Assembly: GCA_027371535.1 (NCBI GenBank)
Contig: DAHXMV010000002.1
Span: forward strand, 3,494 to 67,493
Direction: 5' to 3'
DNA: 64,000 bases
Source of the DNA: Candidatus Amesbacteria bacterium
GTDB taxonomy: Bacteria; Patescibacteriota; Microgenomatia; CAZETR01; Amesbacteraceae
Part shown: one piece after another, positions 40,358-50,767 of the stretch
Numbering within the stretch: position 1 is the stretch's first letter
How the letters are laid out: each line of letters begins with the position of its first letter
Made by a program: the position numbers and the translations under genes
Notes under the pieces: model-generated
What the model was told of the DNA's origin: nothing
What the model saw: only the letters and a program-made list of their open reading frames with translations
The model's database searches: none

Positions 40358-41263
40358 TCAAGAATGGGAGAATTCTTCGAGGAGCTGGCGCTGGCGGCCT
40401 GACAGATGCTCGGGGAATTTGATAAGGAAACGGATATAGAAGTCCCCGCGGTCGGATTTCCGGAAAGAATTAAGTTTCGGAGCTCCCTGACCGCTTAATC
40501 TCACGGTAGTTCCGGGCTGGGTGGCGGGACGGATTTTGAGTTTCAAATCCCCGTCAAGGGTGGTAACCGATGTTTCTCCACCCAGAATAGCCTGGGTAAA
40601 GGGGATTTCCTTATCCATATATATATCCGCCCCCTCACGCTTGAAAACCGAATGGGGTTCGACCTCGAAAGTAATATCAAAGTCGGAAAATCTCAGGTGG
40701 GTACCGGTATCGGCGCCCGCCGGAACTTTAATGGTATGGTTTTTGTTATCGATGGTGACAGATTCCGTGCCGCCCCTAACAGCAGTCATGAAGGGAATTT
40801 TTAGCGAATAGTGGGGTTTTTTCTGGGCCTGGCGACCAAAAGGATTGGCTCCGCCGAAAAACTGTTCGAAAATCTCAAAAGGATCGGAAAACCCGCCCAT
40901 ATCCCCAAAAGGATTACCCCCACCCGATGTATAGTAGTAGGTCTGATAACCACCCTGGCCGGGGGTTTGGCGGCCAAAACCGGAAAAATCGAATCCGCCG
41001 AAGGGGTTGGCCCCACCAGCTCCGCCGCCCATGGAGGGATCGAAGGCAGCGTGGCCAAACTGGTCATAGGCTGACTTTTTACGGGGATCGGAAAGCACCT
41101 GATAAGCTTCATTGATTTCTTTGAACTTGCTTTCGGCATCCGGAGATTTATTGCGGTCAGGGTGCCATTCCAAGGCTAACTTGCGGTAGGCACTTTTGAG
41201 CTCGGCCGCAGAGGCATTTTTGGTAACCCCTAAGACGTCATAATAATCGCGTTTGGTGGCCAT
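40358..41263 (-). CDS. dnaJ: DnaJ-family co-chaperone without Zn finger
   Basis: [11 protein letters not shown] motif, G/F-rich region, C-terminal domain; no CxxCxGxG repeats. Confidence 0.9.
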   Translation of the reverse strand: MATKRDYYDVLGVTKNASAAELKSAYRKLALEWHPDRNKSPDAESKFKEINEAYQVLSDPRKKSAYDQFGHAAFDPSMGGGAGGANPFGGFDFSGFGRQTPGQGGYQTYYYTSGGGNPFGDMGGFSDPFEIFEQFFGGANPFGRQAQKKPHYSLKIPFMTAVRGGTESVTIDNKNHTIKVPAGADTGTHLRFSDFDITFEVEPHSVFKREGADIYMDKEIPFTQAILGGETSVTTLDGDLKLKIRPATQPGTTVRLSGQGAPKLNSFRKSDRGDFYIRFLIKFPEHLSGRQRQLLEEFSHS

Positions 41264-41318
41264 GCAAAATGTATTTTACTACTGGCAGTTAAGTAACGCG
41301 AGTGCTAAGATCGGCCCA

Positions 41319-41588
41319 ATGGCAGACATAAAAAAGACGGAAGAAGCCGGCGAGCCGGAAGTCCGGGTAAACATCGCCGGAAATCAGCCGGTATTGTATA
41401 CGGATTCAGTATTCATTACGGCCGGGAAATTCGGGGTGGTACTGGATTTCGCCCAGACGATGGGAGCCACCAACCAGCAAAATGTAGTGGCCAGGATAGG
41501 CATGTCGAAGGAGCATGCCCTGGCATTAATGAACATTCTGGAAAAAAAGTTAAAAGAAACTTTCGGAGTCAAAAGTGAAAAAAATTGA
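41319..41588 (+). CDS. DUF3467-like protein
   Basis: LYTDSV.I....FGVVLDFAQ...VVARIGMSKEHA; TGcTAAGAT-N7-ATG. Confidence 0.75.
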   Translation: MADIKKTEEAGEPEVRVNIAGNQPVLYTDSVFITAGKFGVVLDFAQTMGATNQQNVVARIGMSKEHALALMNILEKKLKETFGVKSEKN

Positions 41589-41751
41589 ACAAACCATCAT
41601 AAATTTGGCTTTATTGGTGGCCCGGGAAGGGGCCAAAAGATTAGATAGTGAAAGAGAGATGGGAAGAAATATTGCCGAGATAGCCAGCGAACAAACACGG
41701 GCTATGTACCAAAGCGGCAGCGAAGTCTTAAGTCCCGGGGCGAGAAGGTAA
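41575..41751 (+). CDS. Small hypothetical protein (58 aa, GTG start; not in the ORF track)
   Basis: Hand translation MKKIEQTIINLALLVAREGAKRLDSEREMGRNIAEIASEQTRAMYQSGSEVLSPGARR fills the gap. Confidence 0.5.
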   Translation: MKKIEQTIINLALLVAREGAKRLDSEREMGRNIAEIASEQTRAMYQSGSEVLSPGARR

Positions 41752-41780
41752 AAATTGATCCCGGATGGTAAAATATATGT

Positions 41781-41966
41781 ATGGGACCAGAAATATTATT
41801 ATTCGCTGCAAAAGGGATCGGCGCTTTAAATCAAGACGCCTTGGGTGACGCGATGGAGAGACGGATAAGGGAAATAACCGGAATCAAGAAAAGAGAAAAC
41901 GAAGCCATGAATTTGTTTTTTGCAGTCATGGCCAGAAACGGGAAGACCGGAAGTACACCAATTTGA
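41781..41966 (+). CDS. Small hypothetical protein
   Basis: TGgTAAAAT-N6-ATG leaderless promoter; 61 aa. Confidence 0.6.
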   Translation: MGPEILLFAAKGIGALNQDALGDAMERRIREITGIKKRENEAMNLFFAVMARNGKTGSTPI

Positions 41967-41997
41967 CGCTTTAGGAAAGGAATGATACCGTGGGCGA

Positions 41998-42249
41998 ATG
42001 AATCCGAGGGAAATTGAAGAGACATTAACCAGAATATCAATATACAAACAGAATGTACGGGAAATTTGGAGCAAGAGATACGGGATCTCGTTTTTGTTCG
42101 GCGGGAGAACGGACGACATTTTATTTAAAATGCTGATGTCATATACTGAAATAGGCAGGGTGGCATCGTTTAGTCTAAAGGACTTGTTATCGGACAGGAA
42201 CAGAAAGAGTTCAGGGTTGTTGAGAGAAAATAAGTCTGCTAAAATCTGA
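41998..42249 (+). CDS. Small hypothetical protein
   Basis: 83 aa; TGaTACCGT-N6-ATG. Confidence 0.55.
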   Translation: MNPREIEETLTRISIYKQNVREIWSKRYGISFLFGGRTDDILFKMLMSYTEIGRVASFSLKDLLSDRNRKSSGLLRENKSAKI

Positions 42250-42254
42250 CAGTC

Positions 42255-44402
42255 ATGGCAGCAGGAGATATTAAAACCACCAACAGAATAGTTCCCTTGG
42301 ATCATGTCCGGAATATCGGCATTATTGCCCATATCGACGCCGGAAAAACCACCACGACCGAAAGAATTCTGTATTACACGGGCAAGTCTTACAAAATCGG
42401 AGACATTGATGAAGGCACCACTCAAATGGACTGGATGGCCCAGGAACGGGAAAGAGGAATTACCATAGTGTCGGCGGCCACCACCACTTTCTGGACAGTG
42501 CAAGACACAAACTCCCCCGTGGGAAACGATTCCTTCAGGATAAATATTATTGATACACCCGGACATGTGGATTTCACGGCAGAAGTAGAAAGGTCCCTGA
42601 GAGTTTTAGACGGGGCGGTGACGGTATTGGATGCCGAAGAAACAGTGCAATCGCAGACAGAAACCGTATGGAGACAGGCGGATAAATATAAAGTACCCCG
42701 GATAATATTTGTGAATAAAAATGACAAACTGGGGGCAAATTTTGAAGGTACAATAAAGGCCATTATTGACAGGCTGGGGGCAAATCCGGCAGTGATGGCT
42801 TACCCGATAGGCGCTGAACAGGCATTCAGGGGAATAGTCCTATTGCTTGAAAGAAAGGCTTTAATCTGGCAGGGGGATGAAACGGGAGCCAAATACACAG
42901 AGGAAGAAATACCGGCGGAAGTGAAAGACAAGGTGGAAACCTGGAGAGCCAAACTCATCGAGCAGATCTGTGAAACCGATGATGAATTGTTAACCAAATT
43001 TCTAAACGGTGAGGAACCAACAGTAGCGGAGATGAAAAAGGCGTTAAGAAAAGCCGTGATTGCCTATAAATTAGTACCGGTGTACGCGGGAGCATCGCTG
43101 CGAAACAAGGGGGTGCAGCCGATGCTGGATGCGATTGTAGAGTACCTTCCCTCTCCTGTCGATGTGGATCATGTCAAAGGGACCGATCCCGTAACAGGAG
43201 AAGAAATTGTCAGAAAAACCATAAATGAAGCCCCAATGGCCGGACTGGCATTCAAAATCCAGGCGGATCCGCATGTGGGAAGGCTGACGTACTTCCGGAT
43301 TTATTCAGGGACAGTGAAGTCCGGACAGGCAATCTGGAACGCATCCAAACAAAAAGAAGAAAGAGTGTCGCGGATGCTTCTGATGCATGCCAATAAAAGA
43401 GAGGAAATCGACCAGGCATATGCGGGGGAGATTGTGGCTTTGGTAGGCCTGAGAGAGACTACCACGGGAAACACCCTCTGCGACAAAAACAACCCGATTT
43501 TACTGGAATCCATATCTTTCCCGGAGCCGGTGATATCCTTGGCGATTGAACCAAAAACCAAATCCGACCAGGAAAAGATGGGCCTCGCTCTAAACAAACT
43601 GGGTGACGAGGACCCGACTTTCCGAATTAAAACCAATCACGAAACCGGACAGACAATCATTTCGGGAATGGGTGAACTGCATCTGGAAATTATTGTGGAC
43701 CGGATGAAAAGAGAATTCGGGGTAGAGGCGGCTACAGGAGCACCCCAGGTAGCTTATAAAGAGACTGTCAAGAAAAAGGCCGAAGGCGAGGGCAAATATA
43801 TCCGGCAATCGGGGGGCCGGGGACAATACGGGCATTGTTTTATATATGTGGAGCCGTTAACAAGGGGAACGGGATATGAATGGGAAAATGCGATCAAAGG
43901 AGGAGCCATTCCCGGGGAATTTATCCCGGCAATCGAAAAAGGGATCAAGGAAGCGATGGAAAACGGATTTCTGGCCGGATTCCCCATGGTAGATGTGAAA
44001 GTTACCCTGTTTGACGGGACATATCACGATGTAGACTCCTCTGAAATGGCGTTCAAAATTGCCGGTTCGATGGCCATCCAGGCAGCCGTGAAGAAGGCGG
44101 ATATGATTCTCCTGGAGCCAATCATGAAAGTGGAAGTGTCCACACCGGATGAATTTATGGGCGAGGTAATCGGAGATTTATCTTCAAAAAGAGCCCAAAT
44201 ACTGGGGACTGATAAAAGAGGGCATTTAACCATAGTCAACGCGTATGTACCACTGGCCGAACTGTCAGGATATGCGACTAAATTAAGATCACTGACACAG
44301 GGACGGGCGTCTTACTACATGGAGCCGTCACATTATGAGGAAGTACCGAAAAATATTGCCGAGGGAATAATTGCCAAGAGCGGAAAAAACGCGGCCAGTT
44401 AG
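42255..44402 (+). CDS. fusA: Elongation factor G
   Basis: [39 protein letters not shown]. Confidence 0.99.
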   Translation: MAAGDIKTTNRIVPLDHVRNIGIIAHIDAGKTTTTERILYYTGKSYKIGDIDEGTTQMDWMAQERERGITIVSAATTTFWTVQDTNSPVGNDSFRINIIDTPGHVDFTAEVERSLRVLDGAVTVLDAEETVQSQTETVWRQADKYKVPRIIFVNKNDKLGANFEGTIKAIIDRLGANPAVMAYPIGAEQAFRGIVLLLERKALIWQGDETGAKYTEEEIPAEVKDKVETWRAKLIEQICETDDELLTKFLNGEEPTVAEMKKALRKAVIAYKLVPVYAGASLRNKGVQPMLDAIVEYLPSPVDVDHVKGTDPVTGEEIVRKTINEAPMAGLAFKIQADPHVGRLTYFRIYSGTVKSGQAIWNASKQKEERVSRMLLMHANKREEIDQAYAGEIVALVGLRETTTGNTLCDKNNPILLESISFPEPVISLAIEPKTKSDQEKMGLALNKLGDEDPTFRIKTNHETGQTIISGMGELHLEIIVDRMKREFGVEAATGAPQVAYKETVKKKAEGEGKYIRQSGGRGQYGHCFIYVEPLTRGTGYEWENAIKGGAIPGEFIPAIEKGIKEAMENGFLAGFPMVDVKVTLFDGTYHDVDSSEMAFKIAGSMAIQAAVKKADMILLEPIMKVEVSTPDEFMGEVIGDLSSKRAQILGTDKRGHLTIVNAYVPLAELSGYATKLRSLTQGRASYYMEPSHYEEVPKNIAEGIIAKSGKNAAS

Positions 44403-44404
44403 GT

Positions 44405-44809
44405 TTACTTTCCTTTGGGTAATAATTTGTCTAAATCGGTTTTTTGTCCTTGAGTCAGGTCTATTGTCGCTTTAAAAGAAAGAGTGCCAATTTTTCTGCC
44501 GTTTTGGAAAATACCTACCCCCGCCCGATTTTCCGCGAACTTATCGTCTCTTTCTGGAACTGACATTGTAAAGCCTGCTTTCTCGACTGCTGTTCTTAAC
44601 ATCTCGAAGCTGGAGTAAGATTGATTCATAAAATTTCCTAAAGGATTACCTTGAATAAAACCTGCCGTAGAGGACGAATCAACAGTCAGATTTGCACCCT
44701 GAATGGTTGAATGCTTTTTCTCAGGGGCTGATAGTTCTAACGAGGGACTTCTTGGCTTTAATAGATTCCGAATTCTACCCATTAAACCACCTTCGGATGT
44801 TTCTGTCAT
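44405..44809 (-). CDS. Hypothetical protein
   Basis: 134 aa; TGtTATAAT-N6-ATG. Confidence 0.65.
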   Translation of the reverse strand: MTETSEGGLMGRIRNLLKPRSPSLELSAPEKKHSTIQGANLTVDSSSTAGFIQGNPLGNFMNQSYSSFEMLRTAVEKAGFTMSVPERDDKFAENRAGVGIFQNGRKIGTLSFKATIDLTQGQKTDLDKLLPKGK

Positions 44810-44826
44810 ATAATTATTATAACAAA

Positions 44827-45453
44827 ATGAAAATTTCAGACATTTACTCGGAATATATGATACCTAAAAATTTGGGAGAGCATATGTTGAGGGTAGCCGG
44901 GGTGCTAAAAGTTACCGCTGATAATTGGACCGGCGAAAAATTGCATAATGAAGCGTTGATTATAGCCGGCTGTCTTCATGATCTGGCCAAACCGATGACT
45001 TTTGATTTAGCCAAATAAGCGCAGTTCGGAATGTCAGAATCTGAAATTAATGGCCTGGATCGGCTACAAAAAAGATTAAGGGGAAAATACGGGGATAATG
45101 AGCATGAGGCCACGGTGGGATTATGCCGGGATTTGGGTTGTGATGACATGACGGTTCGAATTGTGAATAATTTAGAATGGGCGTATATACCCAGATTGTT
45201 TTCGGAAAGCGAAACTGAGTCCTTATTGGCTATATATAGAGATATGAGAATCGGACCAAGAAGCATATTACTTTTAATAGACCGGTTAACAGATTTGAAA
45301 AACAGAACTAACGCCGATGAATTTGAGCAAAATGTGGCGAACGGAAACAAATTGGAAAATTTTATTCAGGAAAACGTGTCAATTAATTTAAATGAGATAT
45401 CGGAAGAAAAAATTGACAGTTATTTTGAGACACTGAGAAATATTGAAATATAA
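44827..45453 (+). pseudogene. HD-domain protein interrupted by an in-frame TAA (45016-45018)
   Basis: HMLRV..LHDLAK before the stop; the same frame continues (AQFGMSE..EHE..DMR) to 45453. Confidence 0.8.
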
Positions 45454-45455
45454 CC

Positions 45456-46013
45456 ATGACAGTTCTGATACTGCACGGAATCGGGGGACATGCGGGAATG
45501 CATTGGCAACAGTGGTTATATGATGAGTTGATGAAACGGGGTTACCAGGTAATCATGCCGACAATGCCCGGGGCCGGACATCCGGACAGAAAAGAGTGGC
45601 TGCTGACGGTAAAAAATCTGATAAGAGATATCCCGGCAAAAGAATTAATTATAGTGACGCATTCTTTGGGAGCGGCGACGGCGATGGATTATCTGGAGCA
45701 GGCAAAGGAAAGGGTTTTAGGGTTAGTATGCGTGTCACCGGCGGTATTTGATTACGGGGCTGAATTGAACAGTTATTTCCTCAAAGAAAAAGACATTAAT
45801 TTTGAAAAAGTAAATAAAAATTTAGAAAAAGCGGAAGTGTTTTACGGAGACAACGACCCGTATGTGCCGCAGGAAAAACTGGAATTGGCGGCAAAAAGTT
45901 TTAATGCTAAACCGCAAATAGTTCCCAACGGGGGTCATTTAAATGCAATGGCGGGGTTCACAGAATTTCCGGAATTATTAAAGACGATTACGGATAATTT
46001 CCCTATTGCATAA
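45456..46013 (+). CDS. RBBP9/YdeN alpha/beta hydrolase
   Basis: ILHGIGG...HWQQWL, THSLG nucleophile, DNDPYVP, GGHLN. Confidence 0.92.
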   Translation: MTVLILHGIGGHAGMHWQQWLYDELMKRGYQVIMPTMPGAGHPDRKEWLLTVKNLIRDIPAKELIIVTHSLGAATAMDYLEQAKERVLGLVCVSPAVFDYGAELNSYFLKEKDINFEKVNKNLEKAEVFYGDNDPYVPQEKLELAAKSFNAKPQIVPNGGHLNAMAGFTEFPELLKTITDNFPIA

Positions 46014-46051
46014 AAATCGACGCTCATTTAGAATTTAGTGCAGTCAAAAAT

Positions 46052-47230
46052 ATGGCCACATTTGTAAGAAATAAACCACACGTCAATATCGGAACTATCG
46101 GTCACGTGGATCACGGGAAGACTACCCTGACCTCGGCGATTACCATGGTGCTGGCCAAGAAGGGCATGGCTGTGGCCAAGAAATACGAAGATATTGATTC
46201 TGCCCCCGAAGAAAGAGCCAGAGGAGTGACTATTAACCTGTCACACCAGGAATACGAAACAGAAAAACGGCATTATGCCCACATCGATGCCCCGGGGCAT
46301 GCCGATTACATCAAAAACATGATTACCGGTGCGGCCCAAATGGACGGAGCCATTCTGGTGGTATCCGCTCCGGACGGCCCGATGCCACAGACCAGGGAAC
46401 ACATTCTGTTGGCCAAACAAGTAAACGTTCCGGCAATTGTGGTCTTCATGAATAAAGTGGATATGGTGGATGATCCGCAGCTATTGGATCTGGTGGAAAT
46501 GGAAGTCAGGGAACTCTTAACCAAATACGGATATCCCGGTGACGAAGTACCGGTAATCCGCGGTTCAGCCCTGAAAGCGACAGAAGGCGATCCGAAAGCC
46601 GAAGAGCAAATTATGGAGCTGATGAAGAAAGTGGATGAATATATTCCCACCCCGGTCCGGGAATTGGAAAAGCCTTTCCTGATGCCGGTTGAGGACGTAT
46701 TTTCCATCAAGGGCCGCGGAACAGTAGTAACCGGGAGAATTTCCAGAGGAAAAGTCAAAGTAAATGAGACGGTGGAAATTGTTGGACTGAAACCCACCCA
46801 GAGTACGGTCGTTACCGGAGTAGAGATGTTCCGGAAACAACTGGATGAGGGCCAGGCGGGAGACAACGTAGGGTTACTTTTAAGAGGCATTGAAAAGGAC
46901 AAAGTCGAAAGAGGGCAAGTGATTGCCAAACCGGGATCAATCACCCCGCATACAGAGTTCGAGGCCCAGGTGTATATATTAAAGAAAGAGGAGGGAGGGC
47001 GGCACACAGCCTTCTTTACCGGTTACAGACCACAATTTTATATCGGAACTACGGACGTGACCGGCGAAGTGACTCTGCCACAGGGAGTGGAAATGGTAAT
47101 GCCCGGAGATAACGCCAAGATGAAAATCAAGCTGATTGCTCCTGTAGCGATGGAGGAAGGCTTAAGATTCGCCATCCGCGAGGGCGGCAAGACGGTCGGA
47201 GCCGGAGCAGTGGTAAAGATTGTCGCATAG
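46052..47230 (+). CDS. tuf: Elongation factor Tu
   Basis: [29 protein letters not shown]; promoter TTGCAT-17-TAGAAT at 46006-46034. Confidence 0.99.
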   Translation: MATFVRNKPHVNIGTIGHVDHGKTTLTSAITMVLAKKGMAVAKKYEDIDSAPEERARGVTINLSHQEYETEKRHYAHIDAPGHADYIKNMITGAAQMDGAILVVSAPDGPMPQTREHILLAKQVNVPAIVVFMNKVDMVDDPQLLDLVEMEVRELLTKYGYPGDEVPVIRGSALKATEGDPKAEEQIMELMKKVDEYIPTPVRELEKPFLMPVEDVFSIKGRGTVVTGRISRGKVKVNETVEIVGLKPTQSTVVTGVEMFRKQLDEGQAGDNVGLLLRGIEKDKVERGQVIAKPGSITPHTEFEAQVYILKKEEGGRHTAFFTGYRPQFYIGTTDVTGEVTLPQGVEMVMPGDNAKMKIKLIAPVAMEEGLRFAIREGGKTVGAGAVVKIVA

Positions 47231-47290
47231 CGGATCAGACAAAAGCCTGATATAATAGACGGTAGGACCGTTATTTTTTTGCTCATTTAT

Positions 47291-47599
47291 ATGGCAAAGG
47301 GAAGACTAAGAGTCAAACTAAAATCATTTGACCACCGCGTATTAGACGAAGCGGCGGCCAAGATATTGGAAGCAGCGTTTTCAACCGGCGCAAAAATTGT
47401 GGGCCCGGTCCCCTTGCCTACCGACAGAAAAATGTTTTCGGTGACTACTTCCCCGCATACAGATAAGGACGCCCAGGACCATTACGAAATGCTGGTGCAT
47501 AAAAGAATGATTGATATTGTTGATCCGACGGGAAAAACGATTGATACGCTGTCTCATCTGGATTTGCCGGCGGGAGTGGACATTGAAGTAAAAATGTAA
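47291..47599 (+). CDS. rpsJ: 30S ribosomal protein S10
   Basis: LKSFDHR.LD, GPVPLPT, LPAGVDIEVK. Confidence 0.98.
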   Translation: MAKGRLRVKLKSFDHRVLDEAAAKILEAAFSTGAKIVGPVPLPTDRKMFSVTTSPHTDKDAQDHYEMLVHKRMIDIVDPTGKTIDTLSHLDLPAGVDIEVKM

Positions 47600-47623
47600 A
47601 TTTCCGGGTCGGACCCGTGGCGG

Positions 47624-47652
47624 TTGCGCAGGCTAGGTGAAGGTGATAGAAT
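47624..47652 (+). promoter_or_regulatory. Internal promoter upstream of rplC
   Basis: TTGCGC-17-TAGAAT with extended TG. Confidence 0.65.
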
Positions 47653-47728
47653 ACAGGCTGTCTGTGGGCAGAGAAAATTGCCTTAATTATTGCTCATAAG
47701 GGTGATCGAAAGGCTGTACTTGAAAATG

Positions 47729-47752
47729 AAAGTGCCTTCCGGCACTTTTTTT
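47729..47752 (+). terminator. Intrinsic terminator/attenuator just before rplC
   Basis: AAAGTGCC-TTCC-GGCACTTT plus T run, 9 nt before the ATG. Confidence 0.75.
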
Positions 47753-47761
47753 GTTGTCTTA

Positions 47762-48340
47762 ATGATCTCAACCTTTTTTGCCAGAAAAATAAAAATGACC
47801 GGTAAATATACACCGGAAGGAAATTATGTGGGGTCAACCATTATGGATATACCAGAGATGACTGTGAAGGACCTGAGGACGAAGGAGAAGAACGGATATG
47901 CAGCAATAAGAATCAAAGTTCAAAGCCCAAAATCAAAAAAGGAAGTTATCAGGGAGATCAGAACTAATGAAATTTTGGAGCCGGGGACGGAAATTAAATT
48001 CGAAGAACTGGTTAAGGTAGGAGATAAGGTTAAAGTTACCGGGATCTCCAAAGGAAAAGGATTTGCCGGAGCGGTAAAAAGATATAAATTTCAAGGAGGT
48101 CCGAGAACCCACGGGCAGTCGGACAGGGAAAGAGCCCCGGGATCGTCAGGATCCACCACAACTCCGGGCAGGGTATTTCCGGGAACCAGAAGAGCGGGAC
48201 ATATGGGGGTAGATACGGTTTCCGTCAAAGGACTGAAAGTGATGGAAGTTGATCCCGCTAACAGACGGGTGACCTTGGGCGGAGCGGTACCGGGTTATAA
48301 CGGAAGCAGGCAGTTAATTACCCTCAATGTCAGACCATGA
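47762..48340 (+). CDS. rplC: 50S ribosomal protein L3
   Basis: SKGKGFAGAVKR, GGPRTHGQSDRERAPGS, AGHMG. Confidence 0.97.
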   Translation: MISTFFARKIKMTGKYTPEGNYVGSTIMDIPEMTVKDLRTKEKNGYAAIRIKVQSPKSKKEVIREIRTNEILEPGTEIKFEELVKVGDKVKVTGISKGKGFAGAVKRYKFQGGPRTHGQSDRERAPGSSGSTTTPGRVFPGTRRAGHMGVDTVSVKGLKVMEVDPANRRVTLGGAVPGYNGSRQLITLNVRP

Positions 48341-48963
48341 TTACAGCCACTTCAATTAACAGTAAGGGGGAAACCGGCGAAAAAATAAAACTAACGGATG
48401 AGTTGTGGTCGACAAAAGCCAACCCCAGCCTTTTAGCGCAAAATGTGAGAACGTATTTATCAAATCAGAGACTGGCGCATGCCAAAACCAAAACCCGGGG
48501 GGAAGTAGAAAAAACCACGGCCAAGATGTATAGGCAAAAAGGGACAGGAAGAGCCAGACACGGATCTTATTCCGCTCCGATTTTTGTGGGAGGCGGAATA
48601 GCATTCGGGCCCAAAGGTAACCAAAACTATAAACTGAAAATGAGCAAGCAGCAAACCAGCCTGGCCATCAAAGGGGCTTTAAATGAAAAAGCGACGGGGC
48701 AAAACCTGGTGATTTTAACCGGTAATTTAAAAAACATCGGGAAAACCAAAGATACAGGAGCAATAATGAAAAATTTTAAAGACGTCAAAGGCCGGTTATT
48801 GGTAATTGTGGCCGCAAAAGAAACAGGTTTAGCCAGAGCTTTCAGGAATATGGAAAATGCAGCCGTAATCCGCCCGAACCAATTGAACACTTATCAAATT
48901 CTGAAACATCAAAAATTATTAATGACTGAGGCGGCTTTAGAGGAAACCGGCAAAATTTTATGA
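48337..48963 (+). CDS. rplD: 50S ribosomal protein L4
   Basis: TKTRGEV, RQKGTGRARHG, GGGIAFGP. Confidence 0.98.
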   Translation: MITATSINSKGETGEKIKLTDELWSTKANPSLLAQNVRTYLSNQRLAHAKTKTRGEVEKTTAKMYRQKGTGRARHGSYSAPIFVGGGIAFGPKGNQNYKLKMSKQQTSLAIKGALNEKATGQNLVILTGNLKNIGKTKDTGAIMKNFKDVKGRLLVIVAAKETGLARAFRNMENAAVIRPNQLNTYQILKHQKLLMTEAALEETGKIL

Positions 48964-49250
48964 AACTGATTAAACCGCTAATCACGGAGAAATCCATCGC
49001 CCAAACGGCGAAAAAGAAATTTACTTTTCAGGTGGAAGTAGATTCCAGCAAGCCGGAAATTAAAAAGGAAATTGAAAAGGCCTTCAAAGTCAATGTTCTG
49101 GATATAAAAACATCCATCCAGCATGGCCGGGTATACAGAACCGGTCGCAAATGGACCACCAGATACCACAGTGACCGGAAAAAGGCCGTAGTAACCATTA
49201 AACCTGATCAAAATATCGATTTATTTGAAGTCACCCAAACCGGGAAATGA
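48960..49250 (+). CDS. rplW: 50S ribosomal protein L23
   Basis: PLITEKS, KPEIK..IE..F.V, KKAVV. Confidence 0.97.
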   Translation: MKLIKPLITEKSIAQTAKKKFTFQVEVDSSKPEIKKEIEKAFKVNVLDIKTSIQHGRVYRTGRKWTTRYHSDRKKAVVTIKPDQNIDLFEVTQTGK

Positions 49251-49252
49251 AT

Positions 49253-50080
49253 ATGGCCTTAAAACTTTATAAACCAGTGACACCGGGAATGCGATTTTCT
49301 TCCGGCATGGATTACTCGGAACTGGCCCATAAACGACCCCAAAGACGGATGGTAAGAATTCTGACTAAGAAATCAGGCAGAAACAGCGAAGGCAAAGTGA
49401 CAACCAGACATCAGGGCGGCAGGGAAAAAAGGTTTTTGCGGGAAATTGACTGGAAAAGAGGCAAAGACGGGGTCCTGGCCCGGGTAGTAGATCTGGAGTA
49501 TGACCCAAACAGGACCGCCAATCTGGCATTATTACAATATGCCGACGGTACAAAAACATATATTCTGGCTCCGGAGGGATTAAAAGCCGGACAACAGGTG
49601 TCAAGCGGTGAAGCGGCACCCCTGGCCCCCGGCAATACACTACCGCTGTCAGCAATTCCCGTGGGAACGATGATTCATAATCTGGAACTGACCCCGGGAA
49701 AGGGAGCCCAGATGGTCAGAAGCGCCGGGTCGTCGGCAATAATTATGGGTTTCGAAGAAACCAGTGCTCTGGTAAAATTACCTTCCGGAGAAATCCGCAG
49801 GTTTACACCCACATGCCGGGCGACTATCGGACAACTGGGTAACGGAGACTGGAAAAACCTGGTTTTAGGAAAAGCCGGCAGAAAAAGACATATGGGGATT
49901 CGGCCGACGGTCCGGGGAACAGCCCAAAACCCCAGATCCCATCCCCACGGCGGCGGTGAAGGAAGAAGCGGCGAAGGCATGCATCCCAAAACTCCGTGGG
50001 GGAAACCCGCCAGGGGCAACAAAACCAGGAAGAAATTCAGATATTCCAATAAATACATTGTAGCCAGGAGGAAAAAATAA
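49253..50080 (+). CDS. rplB: 50S ribosomal protein L2
   Basis: [22 protein letters not shown]. Confidence 0.99.
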   Translation: MALKLYKPVTPGMRFSSGMDYSELAHKRPQRRMVRILTKKSGRNSEGKVTTRHQGGREKRFLREIDWKRGKDGVLARVVDLEYDPNRTANLALLQYADGTKTYILAPEGLKAGQQVSSGEAAPLAPGNTLPLSAIPVGTMIHNLELTPGKGAQMVRSAGSSAIIMGFEETSALVKLPSGEIRRFTPTCRATIGQLGNGDWKNLVLGKAGRKRHMGIRPTVRGTAQNPRSHPHGGGEGRSGEGMHPKTPWGKPARGNKTRKKFRYSNKYIVARRKK

Positions 50081-50364
50081 TGGCCAGATCAACCAGAAAA
50101 GGACCATACATAGATGAGAAGTTGTTGGCTAAAGTAGCCAAGCAGAATGCTGTGGGCAAGAAGGAACCGATCAAAACCTGGGCCAGAGCCAGCCAGATTC
50201 CACCGGAGTTTGTGGGGTTTACTTTTTCCGTACATACAGGCAACAAATTCAGTGATGTATTTATAAGTGAGTCGATGGTCGGTCACCGGTTGGGAGAATT
50301 TGCTCCAACCAGGACATTTCGAGGACACGGAGCAATTGTTAAAAGAACCATGGATAAAACCTAA
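50080..50364 (+). CDS. rpsS: 30S ribosomal protein S19
   Basis: [19 protein letters not shown]. Confidence 0.98.
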   Translation: MARSTRKGPYIDEKLLAKVAKQNAVGKKEPIKTWARASQIPPEFVGFTFSVHTGNKFSDVFISESMVGHRLGEFAPTRTFRGHGAIVKRTMDKT

Positions 50365-50366
50365 TA

Positions 50367-50404
50367 AAATGACGAATAACAAATCACAAATAACAAATAA
50401 CAAA
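50367..50404 (+). repeat. 7-mer tandem repeat encoding the L22 N-terminus (MTNNKSQITNNK)
   Basis: aaatgac gaataac aaatcac aaataac aaataac. Confidence 0.85.
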
Positions 50405-50767
50405 ACCGTGGTTGCGAGGGCTAGTTTCGTGAGGTTTTCCCCCCGCAAGCTGAGACTGGTAGCCGACAGCATCCGCGGGCAAAAACCGGATAAAGCCCTG
50501 GAATACCTGAAACTACTGCCCAAAAGATCCGCGCTGACTTTGGCCCATGTCTTTGAACAGGGTATAGCCAACGCGAAAAATAATTTTCAGGTCTCCCCGG
50601 GTGATTTATTCGTGGAATCCCTGCAGGTGGAAGAAGGCCCCAGAGGACCGAAAAAAATGGATAAATCCCACGGAGCCAGGTTTGACCGGGGAATAAAAAG
50701 AAGAAGAATGGCACATATTTATTTAAAATTGGGAGTCAGGGAGGAACACAGTGGGACAAAAAGTTAA
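50369..50767 (+). CDS. rplV: 50S ribosomal protein L22
   Basis: SPRKLRLVADSIRG, ANAKNN; position between rpsS and rpsC. Confidence 0.95.
   Translation: MTNNKSQITNNKTVVARASFVRFSPRKLRLVADSIRGQKPDKALEYLKLLPKRSALTLAHVFEQGIANAKNNFQVSPGDLFVESLQVEEGPRGPKKMDKSHGARFDRGIKRRRMAHIYLKLGVREEHSGTKS

Noticed and set aside
42480-42545. Short insertion in the EF-G G domain as an intein or intron
   Set aside because: Only about 10 residues, in frame, with no splicing motifs
45016-45018. Stop-codon recoding or an alternative genetic code
   Set aside because: TAA, TAG and TGA all end conserved genes at the expected places (e.g. rpsG and rplF end in TGA); one internal TAA is better explained as a mutation or error
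47600-47761. tRNA or known riboswitch in the rpsJ-rplC gap
   Set aside because: No cloverleaf, T-loop GTTCGA or recognisable aptamer motif
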